Assembly (NCBI GenBank): GCA_965216755.1
Contig: CBDCGL010000011.1
Coordinates: forward strand, 448,001-512,000
From: Alphaproteobacteria bacterium
GTDB taxonomy: Bacteria; Pseudomonadota; Alphaproteobacteria; UBA7887
Length of the DNA: 64,000 nt
Reading direction: 5' to 3'
Part shown: positions 49,304-59,303 of the stretch, piece after piece
How the letters are laid out: every line of letters begins with the position of its first letter
Numbering within the stretch: the stretch's first letter is position 1
The notes under the pieces: model-generated
Told to the model about the DNA's origin: nothing
Database searches by the model: none
What the model saw: only the letters and a program-made list of their open reading frames with translations
Program-made: the position numbers and the translations under genes

Positions 49304-50920
49304 TTATGCCGGCAACGGCACGACGACGCCGGGATTCATTATGCCGGCGGGATCGACCGTCTGCTTGGCGGCTGCGAGAATGTCGCCGAACAAGTCAGGG
49401 CGCTGTTTCTGGTACCAAGGCATGTGCATTCGGCCGATGGCGTGGTGATGGGTCACCGTTCCGCCTGCGCCAACCATGGCGTCATAGGCGGCAGCCTTGA
49501 TCGCCATATCGGTTTCAACCATGGCGTGGGGGTCACAAAAGAAGTGAAACGTGAAATAGGGTGCCGGTCCGTCTGGGTAGAGGTGGGTGAATCGGCAGGT
49601 CACCGTCCCATCTCGCCCGGTCGCCTCGCGGATCGCGGCCTTCGTCTTTTCCATGACCGCGGCGTGCAGCGACGGAAATTGCGACCAGCTGATCGCGGTT
49701 TCGACCGTATCGCGGCCAATGCCGCGCGCCGTTTTTATCTCGCGATAGTATGGCTCTCTCAAGAATGCAGTGCGCCAGCGCACAGCGGCGTCCTCGCCTT
49801 CCGACGTATCGCCGACGGAGACGCCGCCATGATCTCGGCACGCCTGCAGCGCCAATTCCAGCCAATGTTCGACCGGATGATGGGCGGACTCGAAGCCGAG
49901 CACGAGTATGGCCGCCGCGCCGACAAAGGCGCCCGTGTAGTGTGCCTCATTGCCGTCAACTAACCGGCAATTTGCCGGATTGAGGCCGGCCTGCATGATC
50001 TCGCGCACCGTCGCGACGCCTTGTTCATAATCGTCAAAAGTCACCGTTGCGCCGGCGCGGTGGATTGGTGTTTGTGGCAGCTTGAGCCAGACATCAGTGA
50101 TGATGCCGAGGGCGCCCTCCGAGCCCATCACGAACCGATCCGGACTCGGCCCGGCACCAGAGGCTGGCAGGCGTCGCGATTCCATCGTGCCCTTCGGCGT
50201 GACGATACGGATGCTCTCGACAAAATCGTCGATATGGGTGGTCGTGCTGACGAAGTGACCCGCTGCTCGGGTTGCGACCCAACCGCCTAATGTCGAGAAG
50301 TTATAGGCTTGCATGAAAAACCGCATGGTAAGCTCGTGGGGCTTGAGCTGGCGATCGAGCTCGGGGCCAAAAATGCCCGCCTGCACCCGGGCGGCGCGTG
50401 ACACTTTATCGACCTCAAGAACCTGATCCATCGCCGACATGTCGATACTGACCACGGCCTTGAACCGATCGCCGACGGCCGGATTGACGCCGAGCACTGC
50501 GCTCGAGCCGCCACCAAAGGGAATTGCCGCGGCCTCGATCTCGCCGCACCAGTCGATCAGCGCGGCCACTTGCTGTTCGGTGCGCGGATAAGCAACGATG
50601 TCGGGTGCCTCGGCAAAGTCGCGGGCGAACATGCGTGCAGTTTCGATGGTAGTCTTGCCGTAGGTGTGCAGCGCCCGACGATAAACGTCTTCATGACAAA
50701 TGTCGGTCAGCGTGTCCGGAATCTTGGTGATTCGCGATTGCCTAAGAGTCAACTCGTCGAGCGTTGGTGCCGGCAGCGCTTCAAACTGATCGATCCCGAA
50801 TACACCGCCCCAAACGCGTTCGATCTCGGCGACCTCGGCATCGCTCGCGTGTTCGTCCTCAAATCCCCAGGCATAGAACTTCCGGCGCCTTTGCCGATGT
50901 TGCTGAGACACTGCCGTCAT
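49304..50920 (-). CDS. FAD-binding oxidoreductase (alkyl-DHAP synthase-like)
   Basis: IPFGGGSS, STLGGWVATR, GSEGALGIIT, THHHAIGR, DPAGIMNPG. Confidence 0.88.
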   Translation of the reverse strand: MTAVSQQHRQRRRKFYAWGFEDEHASDAEVAEIERVWGGVFGIDQFEALPAPTLDELTLRQSRITKIPDTLTDICHEDVYRRALHTYGKTTIETARMFARDFAEAPDIVAYPRTEQQVAALIDWCGEIEAAAIPFGGGSSAVLGVNPAVGDRFKAVVSIDMSAMDQVLEVDKVSRAARVQAGIFGPELDRQLKPHELTMRFFMQAYNFSTLGGWVATRAAGHFVSTTTHIDDFVESIRIVTPKGTMESRRLPASGAGPSPDRFVMGSEGALGIITDVWLKLPQTPIHRAGATVTFDDYEQGVATVREIMQAGLNPANCRLVDGNEAHYTGAFVGAAAILVLGFESAHHPVEHWLELALQACRDHGGVSVGDTSEGEDAAVRWRTAFLREPYYREIKTARGIGRDTVETAISWSQFPSLHAAVMEKTKAAIREATGRDGTVTCRFTHLYPDGPAPYFTFHFFCDPHAMVETDMAIKAAAYDAMVGAGGTVTHHHAIGRMHMPWYQKQRPDLFGDILAAAKQTVDPAGIMNPGVVVPLPA

Positions 50921-50958
50921 TTGCCGCCTCCCCGCTTTGAGATTACCGAACCGCCGGG

Positions 50959-51422
50959 CTAGAGCCGTGTCCGACAATATTGAATCAATTCTGTTCGCGG
51001 CCCGGCGTGGCGATCCACGCGAAGGGCGGTGCCGCGCGATGCTCGTGTCCCGAAACCGAAGTTCGTCACGTCTGACCCCAGGCGCCTTACGAACTTCGGC
51101 TTCGTCAGGACACGAGCCGATTGTTCGCATCTCGTGCGGTTCACGGATCGGACGTTCGCTCTGGTGCTCGATGCGAGATCAAGCGAACGTCCGATCCACC
51201 GCACGAGCGCATCGGGCAAGTCGGCCGACCAATGTGGTCGTCCACATGGATCCCCATCGGGGGTCGCCCGCCGGTTGCGAACCCGCAGGGCCGGGCGCCT
51301 TTTCGCCAATCTCGGCGGCGCTGTCCTTGGCCGTATTCCCGATACGGCCCGCGGACAGCAATTTGATCTTGGCGAAAATGCACGCCGGTAGAATGGTTCA
51401 GTATTGTCGGACAGTGCTCTAG
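50959..51422. mobile_element. MITE-like element with ~33-bp terminal inverted repeats and a highly structured interior
   Basis: Left arm CTAGAGCCGTGTCCGACAATATTGAATCAATTCT; right arm (reverse complement) CTAGAGCACTGTCCGACAATACTGAACCATTCT; CTAG at both ends; no credible ORF inside. Confidence 0.75.
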
Positions 51423-51724
51423 TCATCTTGAGGCTATCGATAAGTCGTCCACAATATAGGATTTCGACGATAGCGGCATGTCTCATCCTGGCTATTCCCG
51501 GCTGTCCAAGAATGCCCGCGAGTACGGTGAAACTTGGGTGGTTAGCGGACCAAGTCGGTCATAACGATAGGCAGGGGATCGGCAAAGCGACACCGCCTCA
51601 TTTTTCACGGCGTGGGGACGCGATAGCCTGCCGAATGTTGCAAATTAGGTGATGTTTCGGTGGGGATTTCGTGGGGTGAGATTTCCGCCCAGGCAGCAAA
51701 TCAGCCGCAACTTCTTGATTTATA

Positions 51725-51799
51725 TGGTGGGCGCGACTGGGATTGAACCAGTGACCCCCGCCGTGTGAAGACGGTGCTCTCCCGCTGAGCTACGCGCCC
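51725..51799 (-). tRNA. tRNA-Val(CAC)
   Basis: GGGCGCGTAGCTCAGCGGGAGAGCACCGTCTT-CAC-ACGGCGGGGGTCACTGGTTCAATCCCAGTCGCGCCCACCA folds as a cloverleaf with encoded CCA. Confidence 0.97.
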
Positions 51800-51885
51800 A
51801 TCCGCACAAGACCACCCCGGCCGATATTTAGGGGCGCGGACAGGCTGCTCATTAAATCCCCTTCGCACGCCCTGTCAAGCACGGG

Positions 51886-52566
51886 TCAGGCGATATTGCC
51901 GACCGACTCCAACGTGGCAAGCAACTGATCGAAGTGATCAATCAATGCATCGGCGCCCAGGTCACCGGGTGGAATGCGTGTGTATCCAAAAGAAACCAAA
52001 ACGATCGGCACACCGGCTGCCCTCGCCGTGCAGACATCCGTGCTGCTGTCGCCAACCATCACCGCACGCGTCAATCGGCCACCGGCACCGCCGACCGCGG
52101 CGGCCAGCGGAGCGGGGTCAGGTTTGCGGGTTGGCAAGGTGTCACCACCAATCACGGCGCCAAAGAACCGCGCCAAATCCAACTCGGCCAGTATTTCGTG
52201 GCTGAGACCCTCTGGTTTGTTGGTGCACACAGCCAACGGGCAACCGCGCGTCGCCAGCAGCTCCAGCGCGTCTACAACGCCCGGATACGGCTGCGTCGTC
52301 GCCGTCAACATCTGTTCATAATGGGCGAGGAAGCGAAGGCGTAGGGGCTCGACTTGGTCTTCGCCTAGCTCCCGACCGACTGTCGCCAAACCCCGTTCGA
52401 TCAACTTGACAGCGCCTTCGCCCACCATATGGCGAACGTCGGTCACGGAAACAGGCGCGATGTCTTCCTCTGCCAACAAGGCGTTTAGGGCGCCAGCCAA
52501 GTCCGGCGCGCTGTCGATCAACGTGCCATCAAGGTCGAATACGACGGAAATATGGGCATTGGGCAT
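51886..52566 (-). CDS. gph: Phosphoglycolate phosphatase (HAD)
   Basis: FDLDGTLIDSAPDL, CTNKP, RKPDP, MVGDS..D. Confidence 0.9.
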   Translation of the reverse strand: MPNAHISVVFDLDGTLIDSAPDLAGALNALLAEEDIAPVSVTDVRHMVGEGAVKLIERGLATVGRELGEDQVEPLRLRFLAHYEQMLTATTQPYPGVVDALELLATRGCPLAVCTNKPEGLSHEILAELDLARFFGAVIGGDTLPTRKPDPAPLAAAVGGAGGRLTRAVMVGDSSTDVCTARAAGVPIVLVSFGYTRIPPGDLGADALIDHFDQLLATLESVGNIA

Positions 52567-52745
52567 CAGCGATCCATCGCCGTCTGAGCGGATTCGGATG
52601 AGGGACGGCGGCGCGGCGCTACCGCACATCCCCCTGGTTACGCGACTCTACGCGACGGATAGGTAGGAATTGTTAAAACGTCGAACTGTGCCGCGCCGCA
52701 GCGAAGACGGTCGACGCCAGCCGTCCACGTTGCGCCACAAGCGTA

Positions 52746-53453
52746 CTATTGGACCATCGTCAGGAATTCATCCACCGTCCGCACCGCATGCGCGATTCGC
52801 GGATAATCCAGCTCGATCGCGGCATTCTGTTCCTCATGACTAAACGTAGCGACCGCGTCTTTGAGGAATGTTGTGTGATAGCCCATCTCAACAGCGTAGC
52901 GACCCGTCGACTCAACGCAGGTATTGGTGGCCAATCCGACAACGATGACATGATCAACGCCGCGCTTGCGAAGCTTGTAGTCAAGATCGGTGTTGGCAAA
53001 CCCACTCGACAGCCAGTGTTCCTCGGCGACCCCATCGCCGGCGCGCGGCGCCAGGTCAGGATGAAATTCGCCGCCCCAAGTCCCATCGGCGAAGACCTGT
53101 GATCTGGCAACGGCTTGATGCACAGGGTGCGGAAACTTCCAGGTTTCGAAGTCGCCCTCGCGCCAGCGCCGATGAGGGGCATAGACGACGTGCACGCCTT
53201 TGGCACGGGCGCCGTCGAGCAGCTTGCGGAGGTTTGGGACCAAGTTGACATCTTCGGCCACTGGCTGGACACGACTCCAGATCTTGCCGCCCTCCGAGAT
53301 AAAATCGTTATAGGGGTCAACCATGATGACGGCCGTCGATTCAGCCGGATAGGCGGCGTCTTCTGCGACCGAAGCCCGCATGTCTGCGCCGACAGTTCCC
53401 GCAAGGATAAGGCCGGCACAGAGAAACTTTGGAACGATGGGATGAATCGACAT
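52746..53453 (-). CDS. Isochorismatase-family cysteine hydrolase with apparent signal peptide
   Basis: VDPYNDF, SGFANTDLD, GLATNTCVESTGR; hydrophobic N-terminal leader. Confidence 0.85.
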   Translation of the reverse strand: MSIHPIVPKFLCAGLILAGTVGADMRASVAEDAAYPAESTAVIMVDPYNDFISEGGKIWSRVQPVAEDVNLVPNLRKLLDGARAKGVHVVYAPHRRWREGDFETWKFPHPVHQAVARSQVFADGTWGGEFHPDLAPRAGDGVAEEHWLSSGFANTDLDYKLRKRGVDHVIVVGLATNTCVESTGRYAVEMGYHTTFLKDAVATFSHEEQNAAIELDYPRIAHAVRTVDEFLTMVQ

Positions 53454-53682
53454 GAGCGCCTCCAGCGGTAAATTGAAACAACATATGTGGTGCGCGCAAA
53501 GGTTGGCATTGACCACCACAATCTTCAAATTCGTATTTGGTCTGGGACCTATGCCGGTATGCGGGTGCGATGCGTTATGATGCTTGATCCGCGCGGCCGC
53601 TGGCCTTGACTGGTCGCCAAAGGTCCCAACCTTGTCATCAAAAGCTGTTGAATATTAATGAATTTGGGCGAAAACCCTCAGA

Positions 53683-55044
53683 ATGAACGCTGACATATCC
53701 CAAAGAATCGGCGAGCGCATTGCTGTCGTTGTGTTGGCTGCCGGCAAAGGCACACGCATGCGTTCGCGTCTGCCAAAAGTCATGCACGCCATTGCTGGCC
53801 GTCCGATGATTGCGCAGGTGGTGGAAACCGCCGCCGCTCTGGAGCCTGCCATGGGCGTTGTTGTTGTCGGGCCAGACATGGAGGTGGTTGGCGCCGCCGC
53901 GGCGCCCTTCGATATTGTGCTCCAGCCGACGCAACGTGGCACGGGCGATGCCGTTATATGCGCCCGCGATCAGTTGGACGGGTTCGCCGGCGATGTGCTG
54001 GTGGTTTACGGTGATACGCCTCTGATCACGGCTGATACGTTGGCGGCATTGGTGGCGGCGCGGCGCGGCAATGGGGGGCATGCACTGGCGGTGCTGGGCT
54101 TTCGGCCGGCGGATCCCGCCGAGTACGGCAGGCTTGTCACCACCGATGACGGCGCCCTGGAAGCCATCGTCGAATATAAGGACGCTGACGCGGAAACGCG
54201 CGCGCTGGGTCTGTGTAATGCCGGGGCAATGGCAATTGACGGCAGTTTGCTGTTTTCGTTGCTCGACCAACTCGACGACAACAATGCCAAGGGCGAGTTA
54301 TATCTCACCGACCTGGTGAAGTTGGCGCGTGCGGCTGGCCGTCGGTGCACGGTGGCAGAGGCCGATCCGGTCGAGGTCGCCGGCATCAACACCCGCGCGC
54401 AGTTGGCCGAAGCAGAAGCGGCCATGCAGATACGGCTACGTCGGCGCGCGATGCAAAACGGTGTGACCTTGGTCGATCCGACGACGGTGTGGCTGGCCTA
54501 CGATACCCAGCTGGGTACGGACGTGATCGTCGGCCCTCACGTATTTTTCGGACCTGGTGTCTCGATTGGCGATGACGTCGAGATTTTGCCTTTTTGTCAC
54601 TTGGAACAGGCGCGCGTTGCCGCGCGGGCGCGGATTGGGCCGTACGCGCGCTTGCGCCCCGGCGCCAACATTGGCGATGGGGCCCGCATTGGCAATTTTG
54701 TCGAAGTGAAAGCGGCGACCGTCGAGCCGGGCGCCAAAGTCAACCACTTGACTTATATCGGCGATGCCCGGGTCGGCGCGCACGCCAATGTTGGCGCGGG
54801 AACGATCACCTGCAACTACGATGGCTTTCGGAAGTCCCATACCGATATTGGTGTCGGGGCGTTCATCGGCTCAAATTCGGCGCTCATTGCACCAGTGGCC
54901 GTCGGCGATGGCGCGATCGTCGGCGCCGGTAGCGTTATCACGCACGATGTACCCAAGGATGGGCTTTCGATCGCCCGTGGAGACCAAAGCAATATTGCGG
55001 GCGGCGCCGAGCGATGGCGATCCCGACGGCGGAAATCCGACTAG
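53683..55044 (+). CDS. glmU: Bifunctional UDP-GlcNAc pyrophosphorylase/acetyltransferase
   Basis: LAAGKGTRMRSRLPKVMH, ELYLTD, GNFVEVK, GAGTITCNYDG. Confidence 0.97.
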   Translation: MNADISQRIGERIAVVVLAAGKGTRMRSRLPKVMHAIAGRPMIAQVVETAAALEPAMGVVVVGPDMEVVGAAAAPFDIVLQPTQRGTGDAVICARDQLDGFAGDVLVVYGDTPLITADTLAALVAARRGNGGHALAVLGFRPADPAEYGRLVTTDDGALEAIVEYKDADAETRALGLCNAGAMAIDGSLLFSLLDQLDDNNAKGELYLTDLVKLARAAGRRCTVAEADPVEVAGINTRAQLAEAEAAMQIRLRRRAMQNGVTLVDPTTVWLAYDTQLGTDVIVGPHVFFGPGVSIGDDVEILPFCHLEQARVAARARIGPYARLRPGANIGDGARIGNFVEVKAATVEPGAKVNHLTYIGDARVGAHANVGAGTITCNYDGFRKSHTDIGVGAFIGSNSALIAPVAVGDGAIVGAGSVITHDVPKDGLSIARGDQSNIAGGAERWRSRRRKSD

Positions 55045-55068
55045 CGTGCCTACGGCAGGGAGCGGCGC

Positions 55069-56892
55069 ATGTGCGGTATCATTGGCGTCTTAGGCACCAA
55101 CCAAGCGACGCCGCTCATTTTTGACGGACTTAAGCGGCTGGAATATCGCGGCTATGATTCAGCCGGCGTCGCGACATTGGTCGACGGCCGCATCGACCGT
55201 CGTCGTGCCGAAGGGAAACTGCAGAATCTTCAAGCGGTTCTGGAGAATGAACCGCTGCCTGGCACAATCGGTATCGGTCACACCCGGTGGGCCACCCACG
55301 GCGTGCCGTCGACCGAAAACGCCCATCCCCATGCCACTGCGCGAGTTGCCGTGGTTCACAACGGTATCATCGAGAACTTCCAGCCCTTGCGCGCAGAACT
55401 GACCGACTTGGGTCACAAATTTGAGAACGACACCGATACTGAGGTCGTTGTTCACCTGGTGACCCATTTTTTTGACCAGGGCATGAGTCCACAAAATGCC
55501 ACGGTTGCCATGTTGGCGAAGGTCCAAGGGGCTTTCGCGCTGGGCCTTTTGTTCGCCGGCGAGGATGATCTCCTGATCGGGGCGCGCCGTGGCTGCCCTT
55601 TGGCCGTGGGGGTCGGCGAAGGCGAGATGTATTTGGCCTCTGATGCCATCGCCTTGGCACCGATGACCCGACAGATTGTGTACTTGGAAGAGGGCGATTG
55701 GGCGGAGATTAGCCGTCGTGGAGTCGTCGTCCATGATAACGAGGGCGCGGTCATCGACCGGCCGGTACGCACGACCATGCATACCGGGGCCGCCATCGGT
55801 AAAGGCAACTACCGCCACTTCATGGAAAAGGAAATTCATGAGCAACCGACAGTCATCGGCGATACAGTTCATAGTTTCTTTAATCCGGTCGAGCGCACAC
55901 TGAAAATTGCCGATTTGCCGATTGATTTGGCACAGATAAGCCGGCTGAGCATTGTCGCGTGTGGCACGTCATTCTATGCGGGGCTGGTGGCGAAATATTG
56001 GTTCGAAACCATTGCGCGAATCCCGGTGGATATCGATATCGCCTCGGAGTATCGTTACCGTGAGGCGCCGATCACCAATGGCAGCCTTGGTCTATTTATA
56101 TCCCAAAGCGGCGAAACCGCAGATACGTTGGCGGCATTGCGGCACGCACGTGTCGGTGGTCAGCCGGCGCTGAGTGTTGTTAACGTGCCGGAAAGCACGA
56201 TGGCGCGTGAGTCCGATGCGGTCATGTGCACTTTGGCGGGGCCAGAGATTGGTGTTGCGTCGACCAAAGCATTCACCACGCAATTGGCGACGTTGGCATG
56301 TCTCGCCATAGTCTGTGCCCGTCAACGTGGCATGATCGATGCCGCGCGCGAGGCCCGCCTGGCGTCGGCGTTGACCGAAGTGCCGTCGCGTACGGTCGAG
56401 GTTCTGAATCATGACGAACACCTGCATGCCATTGCCGACGCCATCCACGACGTGCGTGATGTTCTCTATATCGGTCGGGGGACCTCATATCCGATCGCCA
56501 TGGAAGGTGCGCTGAAACTCAAAGAAATCTCGTATATTCACGCTGAGGGATACGCCGCCGGAGAATTGAAGCATGGTCCGATCGCCCTGATCGACGAAGG
56601 TGTTCCCGTCATTGTGATCGCCCCAACCGATGGTTTGTTCGAAAAAACAAAATCGAATGTGGAAGAGGTCATGGCTCGGGGCGGCCGTGTGGTAATGATG
56701 AGCGATCAGGCGGGCGTCGACGCTGTATCGGACCGCGCGTTTGCGACTGTTGCGCTGCCCAAGGTCGATCCTTTTGTTGCACCAATTCTTTATGCCATTC
56801 CGGTACAATTGCTTGCCTATCATGTTGCCGTTCTTAAAGGCACCGATGTCGACCAACCGCGCAACCTGGCAAAATCGGTCACTGTGGAATAA
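55069..56892 (+). CDS. glmS: Glutamine-fructose-6-phosphate aminotransferase
   Basis: MCGI, LEYRGYDSAG, GHTRWATHG, SQSGETADT, PRNLAKSVTVE. Confidence 0.98.
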   Translation: MCGIIGVLGTNQATPLIFDGLKRLEYRGYDSAGVATLVDGRIDRRRAEGKLQNLQAVLENEPLPGTIGIGHTRWATHGVPSTENAHPHATARVAVVHNGIIENFQPLRAELTDLGHKFENDTDTEVVVHLVTHFFDQGMSPQNATVAMLAKVQGAFALGLLFAGEDDLLIGARRGCPLAVGVGEGEMYLASDAIALAPMTRQIVYLEEGDWAEISRRGVVVHDNEGAVIDRPVRTTMHTGAAIGKGNYRHFMEKEIHEQPTVIGDTVHSFFNPVERTLKIADLPIDLAQISRLSIVACGTSFYAGLVAKYWFETIARIPVDIDIASEYRYREAPITNGSLGLFISQSGETADTLAALRHARVGGQPALSVVNVPESTMARESDAVMCTLAGPEIGVASTKAFTTQLATLACLAIVCARQRGMIDAAREARLASALTEVPSRTVEVLNHDEHLHAIADAIHDVRDVLYIGRGTSYPIAMEGALKLKEISYIHAEGYAAGELKHGPIALIDEGVPVIVIAPTDGLFEKTKSNVEEVMARGGRVVMMSDQAGVDAVSDRAFATVALPKVDPFVAPILYAIPVQLLAYHVAVLKGTDVDQPRNLAKSVTVE

Positions 56893-56946
56893 CGACCGCG
56901 AGGCCAGAGGTTCATTCCGGACCGGAGCGTCGACGTGCGAGGGACG

Positions 56947-57588
56947 ATGACTGTGTATCCGCCGGAATTGTTCTCGAACCATGATCTTTCACAGGCTTTG
57001 CATATCGCGGCGCAAGTCAAGTTTGCGACGATATGTTTCGCCGAAACGCCCGACCAGGATGTGGTGTTTGCGCCATTCGTGCTTGGCGGTCACCCTGACG
57101 CGCCGGTCTTCTTTGGCCACCTGGCGCGCGCAAACCCACTTAACGAAATCCTTTCTCGTGGCGATAAGAACGCCCGGCTCATATTTCAGGCGGCCGACGC
57201 CTACGTTTCGCCCGCGGTCTACTCGGAGAAAGCCCGATCCGGAAAAGTCGTGCCGACGTGGAACTATGTCGCCTCACAGTTTGCTGGCGCGCTTGGGTGC
57301 GTTCCGAATGAACAATTGATGGATATTCTTTGTCAGCAAGTCGATGACTTCGAACGTGCCGTCGATTCAAACTGGAAACTAGACGATGCGCCGGCGGATT
57401 TCTTGGATCACATGGCCAACGGTATCTTCGGCATAAAATTTGTGCCGCGTACTTGGACCGTTCACAAGAAGCTCAGCCAAAATCGTCAGGAAGATCGCCT
57501 GATAGTGTTGTCTTGGTTGGAAAAGCGGGACACGCCCAAGACATCATTGTCCACTTGGATGAAGTTGGATCTCGGCGGCGACGGCTGA
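56947..57588 (+). CDS. PaiB-like FMN-binding protein
   Basis: YPPELF, GHLARANP, YVSP, VPTWNY, KLSQNR. Confidence 0.85.
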   Translation: MTVYPPELFSNHDLSQALHIAAQVKFATICFAETPDQDVVFAPFVLGGHPDAPVFFGHLARANPLNEILSRGDKNARLIFQAADAYVSPAVYSEKARSGKVVPTWNYVASQFAGALGCVPNEQLMDILCQQVDDFERAVDSNWKLDDAPADFLDHMANGIFGIKFVPRTWTVHKKLSQNRQEDRLIVLSWLEKRDTPKTSLSTWMKLDLGGDG

Positions 57589-57606
57589 CGGCATGCGGGG
57601 CACAAG

Positions 57607-58137
57607 ATGCACATCGTTCAGGTCGGACGAGATGGCGTCGACGAGGCATTTAGACAAGACGTTCGTGGTGTCTTCGTATTGTCGTCGGCCACCGCGAGAC
57701 GGCTCGTTGGCGGGGCGCAGGACACATTTTTTGCCGATTGGGCGGGTTGTTACCTGGACAATTGGCCGGACTGTGTCTATGCGGCACGTTCGCGGACCGG
57801 TCGCCTGGTCGGCTATTTGACGGGCTGTCCTGACACCACTGCGTCCGCGGCGCAGCTCGCGCACATTGACTACATGGCCGCGTTCGCCGACTGGTACAGC
57901 GCCTACCCGGCGCATTTTCACGTCAACTGCCATCCCAATGACCGTGGTCATGGCCTCGGCACAGCATTGGTCGGAGTGTTTGTTGAGTCCTGCCGCGCCC
58001 ATAGACTTTCGGGTGTCCATGTGGTCACCGCATCCGAGTCGCGTAATCGCAGTTTTTATCGCCGCTGCGGTTTTGAGTTGGTTGAGTCGGCCAAAGTCGG
58101 TGGGCGCGCTCTTGTTCTGCTCGGTCTTGCCCTATGA
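57607..58137 (+). CDS. GNAT-family acetyltransferase
   Basis: YPAHFHVNCHPNDRGHGLGTAL and FYRRCGF. Confidence 0.8.
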   Translation: MHIVQVGRDGVDEAFRQDVRGVFVLSSATARRLVGGAQDTFFADWAGCYLDNWPDCVYAARSRTGRLVGYLTGCPDTTASAAQLAHIDYMAAFADWYSAYPAHFHVNCHPNDRGHGLGTALVGVFVESCRAHRLSGVHVVTASESRNRSFYRRCGFELVESAKVGGRALVLLGLAL

Positions 58138-58168
58138 TGAGGGAATGACAGGCGAAGGAGCGACAAAG

Positions 58169-59107
58169 ATGCGCATTGCGGTGATCGGCGCCGGCGGCGT
58201 CGGTGGATATTTCGGTGGCCGGTTGGCGGCGGATGGGCACGACGTCGTGTTTGTTCAACGCGGCGCCCATTTGGACGCCATGCGCGATAGCGGCCTTCGG
58301 GTAACCAGCGCGCTCGGCGATATTGTGCTCGACAGTGTGCATGCGACTGACAATCCGGACGCCATAGGTCCCGTTGATATTGTGTTGATTGCCGTGAAAA
58401 GCGGCGGCACGGAAGAGGCGGGTTGGGCCGCGCGGACGATGCTTGGGCCCGAGACAGGGGTCATCTCACTTCAGAATGGTGTCGAGAATGAAGATCGTTT
58501 GGTGCCCATTGTCGGCACCGACCATGTCATGGGCGGGGTCGCCTATATCTTGTCGCTGATTGAAGAGCCTGGCCACGTTGCCCACAAAGGGCCCTTTGCG
58601 CGCTTGATATTTGGCGAGCGCGACGGCGCACGTAGCGCCCGCGCCGGTGCTTTTCTGACTGCGTGCCTTAATGCGGGCATCGACGCAGAGTTGTCTGAGA
58701 ATATTGAACAAGCGCTTTGGGTCAAATTCGTCGGCCTTTGCCCCCATAACGGCATGACTGCGCTGACTCGCGCGCCGATTGGCGCTGTTCGAACCGACTC
58801 TCATTGTCGTGCGTTGCTAGAACAAGCGACTTTGGAAGCGATTGCCGTCGCGCATGCAAGCGGTATCGTTTTACCGGCCGACTTTACGGACTCGCCGATG
58901 TTGGTCCATGACGAAAAGCCGCCCAATATGACATCGTCGATGCACTACGACATTACGCATGGCAAACCGCTTGAGCTTGAGTGGCTCAACGGTGCAGTTA
59001 TCCGCTTGGGGCGCCAATTGACAGTCGCGACACCTGTAAACGCATTCATCTATGCGGCACTGAAGCTCAGTATGAACGGTCCACCCATGGAACTTGATGG
59101 CGCATAG
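58169..59107 (+). CDS. panE: 2-dehydropantoate 2-reductase family protein
   Basis: MRIAVIGAGGVGG, IAVKS, SLQNG, SSMHYD, ELEWLNG. Confidence 0.85.
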   Translation: MRIAVIGAGGVGGYFGGRLAADGHDVVFVQRGAHLDAMRDSGLRVTSALGDIVLDSVHATDNPDAIGPVDIVLIAVKSGGTEEAGWAARTMLGPETGVISLQNGVENEDRLVPIVGTDHVMGGVAYILSLIEEPGHVAHKGPFARLIFGERDGARSARAGAFLTACLNAGIDAELSENIEQALWVKFVGLCPHNGMTALTRAPIGAVRTDSHCRALLEQATLEAIAVAHASGIVLPADFTDSPMLVHDEKPPNMTSSMHYDITHGKPLELEWLNGAVIRLGRQLTVATPVNAFIYAALKLSMNGPPMELDGA

Positions 59108-59303
59108 GAATAGGGACGGCGGCCAAGGCCGCCGCCCCCGGGGGTGAGAGGGCCCCAAAGGGGCTACCCCTCCCGGGCGGTGAATGTGGCTGATCACCGC
59201 CCGGTGGATCCCGTCGACGACGAGAAAGGATCCGATCGCCGGCGGGGAGCCGATAGTGATGTGCTGGGGCCGCGTTGTGGCGGCCCCAGCCGGAACCGGC
59301 GCG

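Noticed and set aside
50921-51130. N-terminal extension of the FAD oxidoreductase and other ORFs across 50937-51486
   Set aside because: They run through the MITE; an RBS-supported ATG lies at 50920.
56860-56950. Tn7 insertion at attTn7 after glmS
   Set aside because: No Tn7 end or tns genes; the next gene starts ~55 bp downstream.
59110-59300. GC-rich hairpins between the convergent panE-like and P460-like genes
   Set aside because: Short stems without a clear U-tract; cannot be called terminators or an ncRNA.
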